The position numbers were made by a program, and so were the translations under genes. The notes beneath the pieces are model-generated. The model saw only the letters and a program-made list of their open reading frames with translations. It searched no databases and was not told the DNA's origin. From Longimicrobiales bacterium (GTDB lineage Bacteria > Gemmatimonadota > Gemmatimonadetes > Longimicrobiales > Gaopeijiaceae): a DNA stretch of 64,000 nt. Positions 29,583 to 39,739 of the stretch are shown here, piece by piece. The stretch covers positions 635,131-699,130 of the forward strand of contig CBDDCX010000006.1 in NCBI GenBank assembly GCA_965226375.1, in the 5' to 3' direction. Position 1 is the first letter of the stretch. Each line of letters begins with the position of its first letter.

Positions 29583-30169
29583 TGCTTCGCACGTCCCACG
29601 GCATGTTCGATGACGCCGTCGCCGCATTGCACAGCGAGGGCGTTATGGAGACGGACATCTACAAGCGCGATCGGAAGCTCAACAAGTACGAGCGGAGACT
29701 CCGCCGAAAGATCATCACCCACATGTCCGTTTCGACCAAGCCTGACATCAATCTGGGGCTCGTTCTTACGGCCATCGTCATCGATATCGAGCGGATCGGG
29801 GACTACACCAAGAACATCGTGGAGCTGGCGACTGCCGTAGAAGGCCCGCTGGACGGGCTCGAGCTTCACGATGAGGTCGTGGGGGTCGAAGGAGTGGTGG
29901 TGCAGATGTTCGATGATATCGGACCCGCCCTGCAAGGGTCCGACGAGGCCCGGGCTCGATCCATCATCAAGGCGCACACCGGCTTGGCCGAATCTGTCGA
30001 CGCGGCCATACATGTCCTGAGCGCCGGTGAAGCGCTTTCGGGACGCTCGGGGCACGCCGTGACCGTCGCTCTGTATATGCGTTTCTTGAAGCGGGTCAGC
30101 GCACACCTCAAAAATGTGGCGACGAGCGTGGTGAACCCATACCACAGGCTCGGCTTCCGGGAGAAATAA
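29510..30169 (+). CDS. PhoU-like phosphate regulator
   Basis: DIERIGDYTKNI and LKRVSAHLKNVA repeats; adjacent to Na/Pi symporter. Confidence 0.85.
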   Translation: MWKKIITLFRSPGPLQEAYDEALLMLRTSHGMFDDAVAALHSEGVMETDIYKRDRKLNKYERRLRRKIITHMSVSTKPDINLGLVLTAIVIDIERIGDYTKNIVELATAVEGPLDGLELHDEVVGVEGVVVQMFDDIGPALQGSDEARARSIIKAHTGLAESVDAAIHVLSAGEALSGRSGHAVTVALYMRFLKRVSAHLKNVATSVVNPYHRLGFREK

Positions 30170-30244
30170 GAGATACGCCCGCCATCGAGGGGATGATTCC
30201 ATGACTCAGGCCGACCTCGAACGGCTCTGAACGGGCGACTGGTC

Positions 30245-31354
30245 TTGACCGCTGAATCCTCCTCCGAGGGTCGCCGACGGCCCGTCTGGGTCCTCGTCTC
30301 CGCGGCGTGGCTTGGCCCCGCCATCCTCGCCGCGTTTCAGGCCTATGTGCAGGGGCTGCTGGGGAACCGGCCTCCCGCGACTTGGCGCGCTTTGGTCTGG
30401 GCGGGAGGCGACTGGCTCCTCTACGCGCTTCTGACCCCTGTTGTGTTCTGGGCAGCGCGTCGATATCCGCTCACGCGCGGGTCGTTTGCGCGGCATGCGT
30501 GGGTGCATCTTCTGGGCGCTGTCCTCCTCTGTGCCTTGTGGGCCGGCGGCGGGCAACTCCTCTGGTGGGGGTTGTTCGGCGATCCCACGGCACCCCAGGG
30601 GATGGGGACCATCGGCTGGTTTCTGACCTCGCTGCCCTTCGGCGTGGCCGTGTACTTCGCGGTCCTGGGGGTGGAGCACGCAGTTTTCTACTTCCTGGAG
30701 GCGCGAGACCGGGAGACCCAGACGGCCCTTCTGTCCGCCCAGTTGGCGGAGGCGCGCCTCGGAGCACTCCAGATGCAGTTCCAACCGCATTTCCTCTTGA
30801 ACAGCCTGAACGCCCTTGCCGTGGTGGTCCGTGACCAGGACACCGCCACCGCCACCCGCATGCTCGATCATCTAGGCGAAATTCTGCGTCGGGTCATGCG
30901 CTCGGACCGCCCGCGCGAGGTCACGCTGGATGAAGAGCTGGACTTCGTGCGTCAGTATCTGGCCATCGAAGAGATCCGCTTCTCCGATCGGCTACGACCG
31001 ACGTTCGAGGTGGATCCGGGAGTGCGCTCCGCCGCCGTTCCCGAGTTTCTGCTTCAGCCCCTGGTGGAGAACGCGATCCGACACGGGCTGGCGCAGCGAA
31101 TTGGGGCGACCCTGCTCCGGGTCAAGGCCTGGCGCGAGGGAGAGGATCTCATCCTTTCGGTGACAGACGACGGCCCCGGTCCCGACGAGACCGCGACAAG
31201 AGCCGGAGACGGTGTCGGACTCTCCAACACGCGCGAGCGCCTCACGACTCTCTACGGAGACCGCGCGGCACTCGAGCTTGGGCGCACGGCCGATGGAGGG
31301 GCGGCGGCGACCGTTAGGCTGCCCTACCGAGCGCTCGGGAGCCCTCATGCCTGA
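30245..31354 (+). CDS. LytS-type sensor histidine kinase
   Basis: N-terminal TMs; QPHFLLNSLN, LQPLVENAIRHG, DDGPG, GVGLSNTRERL. Confidence 0.93.
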   Translation: MTAESSSEGRRRPVWVLVSAAWLGPAILAAFQAYVQGLLGNRPPATWRALVWAGGDWLLYALLTPVVFWAARRYPLTRGSFARHAWVHLLGAVLLCALWAGGGQLLWWGLFGDPTAPQGMGTIGWFLTSLPFGVAVYFAVLGVEHAVFYFLEARDRETQTALLSAQLAEARLGALQMQFQPHFLLNSLNALAVVVRDQDTATATRMLDHLGEILRRVMRSDRPREVTLDEELDFVRQYLAIEEIRFSDRLRPTFEVDPGVRSAAVPEFLLQPLVENAIRHGLAQRIGATLLRVKAWREGEDLILSVTDDGPGPDETATRAGDGVGLSNTRERLTTLYGDRAALELGRTADGGAAATVRLPYRALGSPHA

Positions 31355-32186
31355 GATCCGCACACTGATCGTGGACGACGAGCCGCTGGCCCGACGGGGG
31401 ATTCGGCAGTTGCTGTCGCCGTATCCCGACCTGGTCGTGGTAGGCGAGTGCAGAGACGGGCGAGAGGCCGTGAGGGCGCTGACCACTCTCGAACCCGATC
31501 TCGTTTTCCTCGATGTGCAGATGCCGGGGCTCGACGGACTGGGTGTGGTCCGGGTGCACGGGGCCGAGCGGATGCCCGTGACCGTGTTCGTCACCGCGCA
31601 TGACGAGTTCGCCGTGCAGGCGTTCGAAGCTCAGGCGCTCGATTATCTGGTGAAGCCTATCTCCGAGAGCCGCTTTCGCGCTACGGTGTCACGGGTAAGG
31701 GAGCGCCTGCGGGTGAACGACGCCCTTACACTCGCCTCACGGCTCTCGGCATTGCTCGAGGGCCCGGTGGGCGGAGCTGCGGGGACTGACTCGGTAGGGG
31801 ATGCCGCGTTGGACTCCGGCCCGTCGATCCGTCGAACGTCGGGTGGTCGGCTCGCGGTCCCGACCGAAACCGGTGAACTGCTGCTCGATGCCGATGAGAT
31901 CGACTGGCTGGAGGCACGGGACGATCAGGTCGTCGTCCATTCGGGGGGAAAGCGATACCGCGTTCGTGAGTCGTTGAGCGCGCTCGAGCGGCGCCTCGAT
32001 CCCGCGTGGTTCTGTCGGGTCCATCGCTCTGCCATCGTGCGTTTGGACCGTGTGCGTGAGGTGACGACCGTCGCCTCCGGGAGAGCCGCCTTGCTCGTCA
32101 TGGAGGATGGTGCGAGCGTGGCTGTGAGCCGTCGCCGTCTCGCTCGGGTCAGGTCGCTGCTGCGGTCCCCGAGCCGCCCTGCCTAA
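31347..32186 (+). CDS. LytTR-family response regulator
   Basis: VDDEPLAR, FLDVQMP, DYLVKP, F.RVHRSAIV, VSRR. Confidence 0.93.
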   Translation: MPEIRTLIVDDEPLARRGIRQLLSPYPDLVVVGECRDGREAVRALTTLEPDLVFLDVQMPGLDGLGVVRVHGAERMPVTVFVTAHDEFAVQAFEAQALDYLVKPISESRFRATVSRVRERLRVNDALTLASRLSALLEGPVGGAAGTDSVGDAALDSGPSIRRTSGGRLAVPTETGELLLDADEIDWLEARDDQVVVHSGGKRYRVRESLSALERRLDPAWFCRVHRSAIVRLDRVREVTTVASGRAALLVMEDGASVAVSRRRLARVRSLLRSPSRPA

Positions 32187-32209
32187 CCCACATCAGTGGC
32201 GACCACCCA

Positions 32210-32297
32210 CCGTCGGCTGCGCGATTCGCGCCGCCGGCCGCGCTACATCTGCCGTTCGCCAAACGTGGCTTGACTGCTGGTTTGATGGTGCGAGAAT
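32210..32297 (+). promoter_or_regulatory. Putative LytTR boxes (three direct repeats, 21-bp period) plus sigma70-like promoter
   Basis: CCGTCGGC (32210), CCGCCGGC (32231), CCGTTCGC (32252); TTGACT at 32270; TGcGAGAAT at 32289. Confidence 0.55.
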
Positions 32298-33546
32298 GGC
32301 GGGCATGAACATCGCGAGCTCCGTCGCAGAAGCGACCACGGAGGCCCGCTCAGGGCCGACGACGTCTCCACGCATCGGGTCCGTCGATCTGATCCGGGGG
32401 GCCGTCATGATCTTCATGGCGATCGACCATGTTCGCGTATTCGCCGGGGTGCCGGCGGGCGGGCCGACGCCGGGCGTCTTTTTCACTCGCTGGATCACAC
32501 ACTTCTGTGCACCCGCGTTTCTTTTTCTCGCGGGAACCAGCGCGTTCCTGTATGCCCGTAAGTACGACGATGTCTCACGGTTCCTGTGGACAAGGGGACT
32601 CTGGCTCGTGTTCCTCGAGCTCACGTTTCTCCGGGTGGGCTGGACGTTCAACTTCGACTTCGCGGGGTACGAGATGGCCGGTGTCATATGGGCCATCGGA
32701 TGGTGCATGGTGCTCATGGCTGCCCTCGTTCGGCTGCCCGTCGCGTGGATCGGAGCTATCGGCGTAGTCATCATTGCGGGACACAACATGATGGACGCGC
32801 ACCTCGGGACTCTGATCCCCATGCTGGGCAGTGGTCCTTTGTCCGGGCTGGCGAAGATCTTCTACATGGGGTTCTTCGGTGGACCCATTCGTTTTGGAGC
32901 CGACGGGCCGAGCTTGATCGTGCTCTACTCGATCGTGCCTTGGATCGGGGTCATGATGGCCGGATATGCCTTCGCAGGGATCCTCAGGCTCGAGCCGGCC
33001 CGACGTGATCGACTCTGCTACCTGATCGGATTCGGAGCCCTCTTGCTATTCTTGCTACTGCGGGGCTTCAACCTTTACGGCGACCCTCGCCCGTGGATCG
33101 GACCGGGGTCCGAGTTCGGTCGTGCGTCGGGCATGCCGGCGTGGCTCGCGTTTCTCGACACCAGCAAATACCCGGCCTCGCTTCTCTTCCTGCTCATGAC
33201 GCTCGGACCGACCATCGCTCTGATTCCGGTCCTCGAGCACGCCCGCGGCTTGCTGGCCGAGTGGGTGACGATCTTTGGCCGCGTGCCGTTCTTCTTCTAC
33301 ATGCTCCACATCCCCCTGATTCACGTCCTGGCGCTGGTCGTTTCCCAGCTCCGGCTGGGCGCGGTCAGTCCCTGGCTATTCGCGAACCACCCGATGGGCA
33401 GTCCACCGGTGCCCGACGGGTACGCCTGGAGCCTGCCCCTCCTGTACGGTGTGTGGACCCTGGCGATCGCGATCCTCTTTATCGCATGCAGATGGTTCGC
33501 CGATCTGAAATCGAGGCGGAAGGACTGGTGGCTGAGCTATCTGTAG
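32296..33546 (+). CDS. DUF1624/HGSNAT-like membrane protein
   Basis: RIGSVDLIRG..M..MAIDHVR, RWITHFCAP.F.FLAG, KYPASL; start 32296 or 32305. Confidence 0.85.
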   Translation: MAGMNIASSVAEATTEARSGPTTSPRIGSVDLIRGAVMIFMAIDHVRVFAGVPAGGPTPGVFFTRWITHFCAPAFLFLAGTSAFLYARKYDDVSRFLWTRGLWLVFLELTFLRVGWTFNFDFAGYEMAGVIWAIGWCMVLMAALVRLPVAWIGAIGVVIIAGHNMMDAHLGTLIPMLGSGPLSGLAKIFYMGFFGGPIRFGADGPSLIVLYSIVPWIGVMMAGYAFAGILRLEPARRDRLCYLIGFGALLLFLLLRGFNLYGDPRPWIGPGSEFGRASGMPAWLAFLDTSKYPASLLFLLMTLGPTIALIPVLEHARGLLAEWVTIFGRVPFFFYMLHIPLIHVLALVVSQLRLGAVSPWLFANHPMGSPPVPDGYAWSLPLLYGVWTLAIAILFIACRWFADLKSRRKDWWLSYL

Positions 33547-33556
33547 CCTCCTGCGC

Positions 33557-33591
33557 CGCAGGCTTCGGCTGCCTGGTGGGCGAAGCCTGCG
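33557..33591. terminator. Strong hairpin after DUF1624 gene
   Basis: CGCAGGCTTCG / CGAAGCCTGCG perfect 11-bp stem, no U-tract. Confidence 0.5.
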
Positions 33592-33714
33592 CCATACACT
33601 GTTGCCTTGCACTGTTGACGGTGGCGGATACTATAGTTATTAGAATTATAGTTAATCGAGCCTGACCACACTTCCGTGGCCGGTCGATCGACTGGCCAAC
33701 AGGGACGGGCTTCC

Positions 33715-34480
33715 ATGAATGGTGACGTGAGGCGGGTGTTGATCGCGCTGGTCATGGTGGGCGTGGGCTTCCAGGGTCAGGAGGCCAGGGGACAGGAGCC
33801 CGTGACTTTTCCTGCAACTGACGGCGCTACGGTTCACGGGTATTTGTACCAGACCGACCCGGACTCGACCCGGGCGCTCATCCTGGCCTTCCACCAGGGC
33901 CGCGCGAATGGCCGTGGGGAGTATGGTCCGATCGCGTCTCGGCTGAACGATGCCGGATACGACCTCCTCGCCATCGATCAGCGCTCGGGTGGGGATTTGT
34001 TCGGTGGTGAGAATCGGACCGCGGCGGAGCACGGGGAATCGTCGTACTGCGAGGTGGCGCCGGATCTTGCCGGCACGCTTCGGTATGCGCGGCAGGCTCG
34101 CCCCGACGTTCCGATCGTTCTCTGGGGAAGCAGTTACACTGGTGCTCTCGCGCTGAGGTTGGCGGCTACCAATCCGGAAGGGGTCGTGGGTGTGCTCGGG
34201 TTCTCCCCTGCCTCGGGCGGGCCCATGGCCGAGTGTCGGGCTGGAGAAGTCTCTGGACAGATCGAGGTACCCGTGCTGGTCTTGCGTCCGAAGAGCGAGA
34301 TGGAGATCGAGTCTTCGCGGTTGCAGTTCGAACGTTTCGGAGAGCAGGGCCACAGCACTTTTGTGTCCGATCCCGGTACGCACGGCTCTTCGATGTTGGT
34401 CGAGGCTCGAGTCGAGGGTTCGGTAGGAGGGAATGTGGAGCGTGGTGATGGCTTTCCTTCGCGGTCTCGAAGGCCCGTAG
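33715..34480 (+). pseudogene. Secreted alpha/beta hydrolase with C-terminal frameshift near 34426
   Basis: FHQG, DQRSGG, GSSYTG, HGSS; shifted frame gives a typical ending GMWSVVMAFLRGLEGP*. Confidence 0.7.
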
Positions 34481-34514
34481 ATGGCGGTCTAGTCCCGCCA
34501 AAGGGAGGAGCCCG

Positions 34515-35657
34515 CTACCCCATCCTTTCCCGCCAGGCCGACAGCACCTCCGCCTCGCGTTCCAGCGATACACCGAAGCGCCTCTCGGTCGTTGCCCAGT
34601 CCACGTCTCGCTCTAGAAACTCGTCGATGATACTCTTCGCGGTCTCGGCCAGGGGACGGAACGTGAGTCCGGCCGCGATCGCCCGGGCGCCGCTCATCTG
34701 ATGGAAGCCCTTGGCACCCGGCTCGAAAGGAGCCGGTGTCGGGTAGTTGTCGTCCGGCGGGAACCAGATGGGCATGTCGGTCATGGCGCCCACGTTCATC
34801 TCTGTCAGGAAATCCCCCGGAACCCAAGTGAACCGCACGTTGCTGCTGGTGACCGCGCGGATGCCGTACAGGAACTCGCCCCAGGTGAGTGGAGACGCGG
34901 GTCCGACCGTGTTGTAGATCCCGTTGATGTCTTCTTCCAGGATCTTGATGACGAACCTTGCAAGGTCGTGGGGATCGATGATCTGTACGGGGTCGGCGGG
35001 GTCGCCCGGGGCCAGCACCTCACCACCGTGATGGATGCGCATAGGCCAGTACGGCGAGATGGAGTTGTAGTCCCCTGAGCCGATGATCCACCCAGGGCGG
35101 ATGATGGTGTTGCGGCCCGGATAGGTTTCTTGCACGGCCTTCTCACAGAGGACCTTCAGCGGGCCGTAGAACCGACCCGGGTCTTCGCTGGTGGGGTCCT
35201 CGATGGTGTCGAGCGTGTAGTCCTCGTCGATGCCGACCTCGATGAAATCCGCGTAGACGTCGCAAGTGGAGACGAACAGGTAGCGATGTACGTTGTCCCG
35301 AAGGAGTTCTGCGGACTCGCGAACCACACGGGGGACGTAGCCCGAAGTGTCGATGACCGCGTCCCATTCCCCGCCCCGTAGAACATCCAAACCACCGTCC
35401 CGATCACCGACGAGCTTCTCTACCTCGGGGAAGAGGTGTGGGTTGGTCCGCCCCCGGTTGAACAGGGAGACCGTGTGCCCGCGTTCAAGGGCGCGACGCA
35501 CCATGTGGGGACCGATAAAGCCGGTTCCACCGATGAACAGAATACGGAGCGAGGCTCGCGCCTGAGGGATCGCACCCAACAGCTCGGCTGGTCCGATCGC
35601 CGCCGCAGCACCGGCCAGCCCCATCGTTCTGATCACATCACGCCGCGTCATCGTCAT
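34515..35657 (-). CDS. NAD-dependent epimerase/SDR with Tat-like signal
   Basis: TRRDVI leader; GGTGFIG; YGPLK. Confidence 0.88.
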   Translation of the reverse strand: MTMTRRDVIRTMGLAGAAAAIGPAELLGAIPQARASLRILFIGGTGFIGPHMVRRALERGHTVSLFNRGRTNPHLFPEVEKLVGDRDGGLDVLRGGEWDAVIDTSGYVPRVVRESAELLRDNVHRYLFVSTCDVYADFIEVGIDEDYTLDTIEDPTSEDPGRFYGPLKVLCEKAVQETYPGRNTIIRPGWIIGSGDYNSISPYWPMRIHHGGEVLAPGDPADPVQIIDPHDLARFVIKILEEDINGIYNTVGPASPLTWGEFLYGIRAVTSSNVRFTWVPGDFLTEMNVGAMTDMPIWFPPDDNYPTPAPFEPGAKGFHQMSGARAIAAGLTFRPLAETAKSIIDEFLERDVDWATTERRFGVSLEREAEVLSAWRERMG

Positions 35658-35839
35658 CGTTCACGTCCTTCCGGGAGAGATCAAGCCGCACTCAAACGAC
35701 CGCACCTGCGGAATCGTAATCTCGACGGTTCGGTGCCGGTAGGCCATACGCTCATGCTGCGGACACTCTTTGCCCGATGTCGGGAAAAATCTTCCCTGAG
35801 AATGGGGGCGATTTCAGGGAAAATACACACGAAGTCGAG

Positions 35840-35864
35840 TTATCCACATGGCACGAATCTCGCG
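35840..35864 (+). promoter_or_regulatory. Sigma-54 promoter with abutting DnaA-box match
   Basis: TGGCACGAATCTCGC (GG-N10-GC) at 35849; TTATCCACA at 35840-35848. Confidence 0.55.
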
Positions 35865-35930
35865 AATTACGCTGCTGTGCCCCCGATAAGTGATTCAGAT
35901 GCCGGTGGATCGGTCGAAAAGGGTAAGACA

Positions 35931-37085
35931 ATGAAACAACACGCTCAGTACGGGTTCGCGCTTCCTGTGGCGGTCTTCGCCCTCGTGGTCGTCGGCGTCA
36001 TGATTACGAGCGGATTCTATACGGTGCGCCAAGAGGGGCGCATCGGGGTGGCCGACGAGAATGCCAGCCTCGCCTTCTACTTGACCGAGCAGGGTTTGGT
36101 CGACCTGATCGGCAACTGGAACGTCGAACTCTTCAGTGCGCTCTCCAACTGGGGAGACACCACTGTCACCCGCGGTTACCCTGGGGTCGGCCGGGTCACT
36201 GCACGCGTCACGAAGATGACGGATCTCCTGTATTTCGTGGACGCAGATGGCTTAGTAACCAGGGGTGGCGCCATGCGCTCCGGTGCCTCGCACCGAGTGG
36301 GCGTCACCGTGCGCCTGACCACCGCCGACATCGCACCGCCTGCCGCGCTCACCACCCGAGGACCGACCACGCTCCAGGGCACGGCCGAGGTGCACGGTGA
36401 GGATGAGGTCCCCTTGGGTTGAGGAGGTGTCTGTACGGGCACGCTGGAGAACAAGCCGGGGATCATGACGGACGATGCCACTCAGGTCGGCACCCAGGGC
36501 TCTGCCGTCCTCACCGGAGATCCGGCCGTACTAGAGGACACGTCCATAGCCGACTCGACGTTCACTCAGTTTGGCGATCTCACGTGGGACGACCTGACGT
36601 CGATGGCCGACATCCGTATTACTGGGGGGACACTCTCCACCTTGGCCCCCGACAGCACGGCGGCCGGTAGGTGCAACACGGGTCAAGCGTTTGCGGACAA
36701 CTGGGGTGATCCTGAGAACCTCGGAGCGGCGTGCTCCAACTGGTTCCCGATCATCCACATCAGCGGCAACGCCAAGATCCAGTCCGGAGGCGTAGGCCAG
36801 GGGCTCCTGCTCGTGGACGGAGACCTCGACCTGCGTGGCAACTTCGTATTCCACGGTATCGTCATTGTCCAGAGGAGCGTCGACACCCAGGGCTCGGGGA
36901 ATCGGATCTACGGTGGTGTCATGGCAAGCAACGCCAGCTTCAATGCGCAGGCCCTCGTGGGAGGATCCGTCGTCACCAATTCCACGTGCGCGGTGAGCCG
37001 GGCCATACGGAACTCGGGCATGACGCGAGTGCGCCCGCTGGCGTCGCGCAGTTGGGTGGATCTTTCGGCGATCGCGGGAAGCTAG
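35931..37085 (+). pseudogene. PilX-like type IV pilus protein interrupted by in-frame TGA (36420-36422)
   Basis: Prepilin-like QYGFALPVAVFALVVVGVM, AFYLTEQG; same frame resumes with GQGLLLVDGDL..F.GIVIV beta-helix. Confidence 0.75.
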
Positions 37086-37125
37086 AAACCAGGCGCTGCG
37101 CACCACCGCCGATCTCGCAGCGATA

Positions 37126-37158
37126 TCGGCCCCGGGGCCACGAGGTGCCCGGGGCCGA
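37126..37158 (+). terminator. Hairpin terminator
   Basis: TCGGCCCCGGG / CCCGGGGCCGA 11-bp stem. Confidence 0.55.
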
Positions 37159-37180
37159 GGTCGTTCGTTAGTTTCCCGCC

Positions 37181-38305
37181 ATGATCATCGTCCTCCAACC
37201 CGACCTAGAGAGCTACGACGCCATCGTGCAGACCGTGGTCCGGGTAGCCGCCCGTTTCGAGGGCCTCGAGACTCGTCCCTACGCCCATAGCGGCACGGGA
37301 CACACGTTCACCGAGATTCACCTGATCGGGCCCACCAGAGGTGTGCCGACCAAGCTGTTCGAAGAGATCCCCGGCGTGTTGCGGGTGGTCCGGGTCTCCA
37401 CACGATACCGTTTGATTGGCCGTCACGATGCTACGGAGGCGGCCGGGTTCGAGTACAACGGGGTGCGCTTCGGTGACGAGCAGCTGACGGTTTTCGCGGG
37501 ACTGTGCGCCGTCGATACCCGGGAGCACGTCGAGCTCATGATGGCCGCACTCCAGCGAGAGGGGCTCGTCACCACGCGAATGGGTGCCTACAAGCCGCGG
37601 ACCAACCCGTACGACTTCCAGGGCTTGGGACGGGAGTGTCTGCCCTACGTCTTCGAGCTCGCCGGCCAGTACGGAATGAAAGCCGTAGCCATGGAGGTGA
37701 CCGACGGACGGCAGATCGATGAGATCAACGAGGCGCTTGCCGACGTAGGGAACCCGACGGGGGTGGTCCTGCAAGTGGGCACTCGCAACGCGCAGAACTT
37801 CGAGTTGCTCAAGGTGGTCGGCCAGCAGGAACGCTTCCCGGTTCTGTTCAAGCGGGGGATGGGCATTACGCTCGAGGAGTCCCTCAACGCGTGCGAGTAC
37901 ATCGCCAGCGAGGGTAATCCCCGCATCATCTTCTGCCTGCGGGGTGTCAAAACCCATCTGGGAGATCCGCACCGCAACCTGGTCGACTTCGCCCACGTGC
38001 CGGTCGCACGGCGCAAGACGCGTCTACCCGTGTGTGTGGACCCGTCGCATAGCGTCGGGTCGGTCGATCAGGCTGTGGACGGGATTCCCGACGTCTACCA
38101 CGCGGCGGGGCAGGGTGTGATCGTCGGCGCGTCGAGTGTGCTCGTCGACTTCCATCCTCATCGGGAAGTCGCGCTTTGTGACGGTCCGCAAGCACTGACG
38201 TTGGAGCAGCTGCCGGGTTTCTTGCGATATGTGAGGCGAGTGCGGGCAGTTTTTGAGGCCTCGGTCGCGGACACGACGACGTTGGATGCTTCCGACGGCG
38301 CATGA
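37181..38305 (+). CDS. aroF: DAHP synthase, type I-beta with N-terminal regulatory domain
   Basis: AGLCAV, GAYKPRTNPY.FQGLG, QVGTRNAQNFELL, LFKRG, VDPSH, CDGPQ. Confidence 0.9.
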   Translation: MIIVLQPDLESYDAIVQTVVRVAARFEGLETRPYAHSGTGHTFTEIHLIGPTRGVPTKLFEEIPGVLRVVRVSTRYRLIGRHDATEAAGFEYNGVRFGDEQLTVFAGLCAVDTREHVELMMAALQREGLVTTRMGAYKPRTNPYDFQGLGRECLPYVFELAGQYGMKAVAMEVTDGRQIDEINEALADVGNPTGVVLQVGTRNAQNFELLKVVGQQERFPVLFKRGMGITLEESLNACEYIASEGNPRIIFCLRGVKTHLGDPHRNLVDFAHVPVARRKTRLPVCVDPSHSVGSVDQAVDGIPDVYHAAGQGVIVGASSVLVDFHPHREVALCDGPQALTLEQLPGFLRYVRRVRAVFEASVADTTTLDASDGA

Positions 38306-39045
38306 GTCGCGAGTTCCGCAACACGTACGCCGATGAGGTACGGGCGAGATCGTACGCCGATCTAGGGTTTCCGGCCACCTACTACCTCGCCTTCCGCGAC
38401 CTCCCGTCCCTCTTCGAACATCATGTCACGGGCCGTCATGCCCTGGACTTCGGATGCGGTACTGGGCGTTCCACCCGATTCCTCGGGGAACGGGGATTCG
38501 AGGTGCTCGGGGTCGATGTTTCCGAGCCGATGCTGACTCGTGCCCGTGAGCGCGACCCCGACGGAGGCTACATGCTCATCCCGGAGGGCGAGCTGACGAC
38601 GCTGCAGGGCCGCAGCTTCGATCTGGTGCTGTGCGCGTTCACGTTCGACAACGTGCCCACCGCCACCAAGCGGATCATCTTCGATGGGCTGAGGGGCCTT
38701 CTCGCCGAGGGCGGCCGCATCGTCAACCTCGTGTCCGCTCCAGAGATCTACGTCAACGAGTGGACGTCGTTTTCCACCAAGGACTTCATGGAGAACGCAT
38801 CTGCACAGAGCGGGGACGTGGTCCGCATCCGCATGCTCGGCGTACCCGACAGCAGGCCGGTCGAGGACGTATACTGGACCGATGACGACTACCGTGACGT
38901 GTACGCGGCGGCCGATCTGCGGGTCCTGGAGACTCATTGCCCGCTCGGGAAGTCGTCGGACCCCTTTGACTGGGTGTCTGAAACGCGAGTGTCACCCTGG
39001 GCCATCTACGTCTTGGAGCCGTCCGGAATGGCGGCGCCCCGATGA
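38302..39045 (+). CDS. Class I SAM-dependent methyltransferase
   Basis: ALDFGCGTGRS, GVDVSEPML; ATGA overlap with aroF. Confidence 0.9.
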   Translation: MSREFRNTYADEVRARSYADLGFPATYYLAFRDLPSLFEHHVTGRHALDFGCGTGRSTRFLGERGFEVLGVDVSEPMLTRARERDPDGGYMLIPEGELTTLQGRSFDLVLCAFTFDNVPTATKRIIFDGLRGLLAEGGRIVNLVSAPEIYVNEWTSFSTKDFMENASAQSGDVVRIRMLGVPDSRPVEDVYWTDDDYRDVYAAADLRVLETHCPLGKSSDPFDWVSETRVSPWAIYVLEPSGMAAPR

Positions 39046-39116
39046 GCGAGTAGCTCACCGGGGCCACCGGTAACGTCACCAGACTCCCGATCGCCGGGCC
39101 TAGGCCCAGCAGCAGG

Positions 39117-39572
39117 CTAGCCTTGTGCTACAACGATCTTCGACCGGGTCAGTGTGGGCTCCAGAAAGAGCTCGATCACCTGACCGGTGCGTAGCGAGAA
39201 CGCCGCTGTCTTGACCGCGGTCGCCTCGGCGTTGATCTCGCCGAACAGGCCCAGACCGACGTCCAGGCCGGGCTTGGGCAGGACCGGGTAGATTTTGATC
39301 CGAACCGCCTCTGTACCCAGTGCCAGCTCGGCCGGAACCTCGAGGTTCTTGAACTTCAGGTTGTCGACCCGGCCCAGCAGGTAGCGCTGGTCGTTGGAGT
39401 CGACCAGGTAGACCTCCACCTGGTAGCCGTGGTTGTTCATCACGCTGATCGTGGCGCCATCGGCGGCCACCGCCTCGGGAGCGATCCGGTCGGCCTGTAG
39501 GGGAGCGGTAGCTACCGCAACCGCGAATAACGCCAAGGCAGGGGTTATGCGTTTGATCATCTTCATCGTCAT
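39117..39572 (-). CDS. Hypothetical secreted protein
   Basis: Signal peptide followed by beta-rich domain. Confidence 0.65.
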   Translation of the reverse strand: MTMKMIKRITPALALFAVAVATAPLQADRIAPEAVAADGATISVMNNHGYQVEVYLVDSNDQRYLLGRVDNLKFKNLEVPAELALGTEAVRIKIYPVLPKPGLDVGLGLFGEINAEATAVKTAAFSLRTGQVIELFLEPTLTRSKIVVAQG

Positions 39573-39739
39573 CCTCTTCTTCCCAATTCAGAGTAACTCT
39601 AGAAACAGGACGCCTCGTCCTGTGTGGAACCGAATGCCTCAGCTCGGCAATCGGGTTCCTGTGTCCACTTGTACGGGGCGATCCCATGAGGATTACCCGG
39701 ACCCGGACCGACGCTGTAGAATCGCGGACGGACTCGGGG

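Noticed and set aside
35840..35848. Replication origin
   Set aside because: Only one DnaA box, no box cluster or unwinding element, no dnaA/dnaN nearby
36420..36422. In-frame TGA as selenocysteine or genetic-code reassignment (a SelA-like gene is nearby)
   Set aside because: Context suits Trp in a pilus protein, TGA terminates many normal genes here, and the SelA-like protein has a Tat leader so is unlikely to be true SelA
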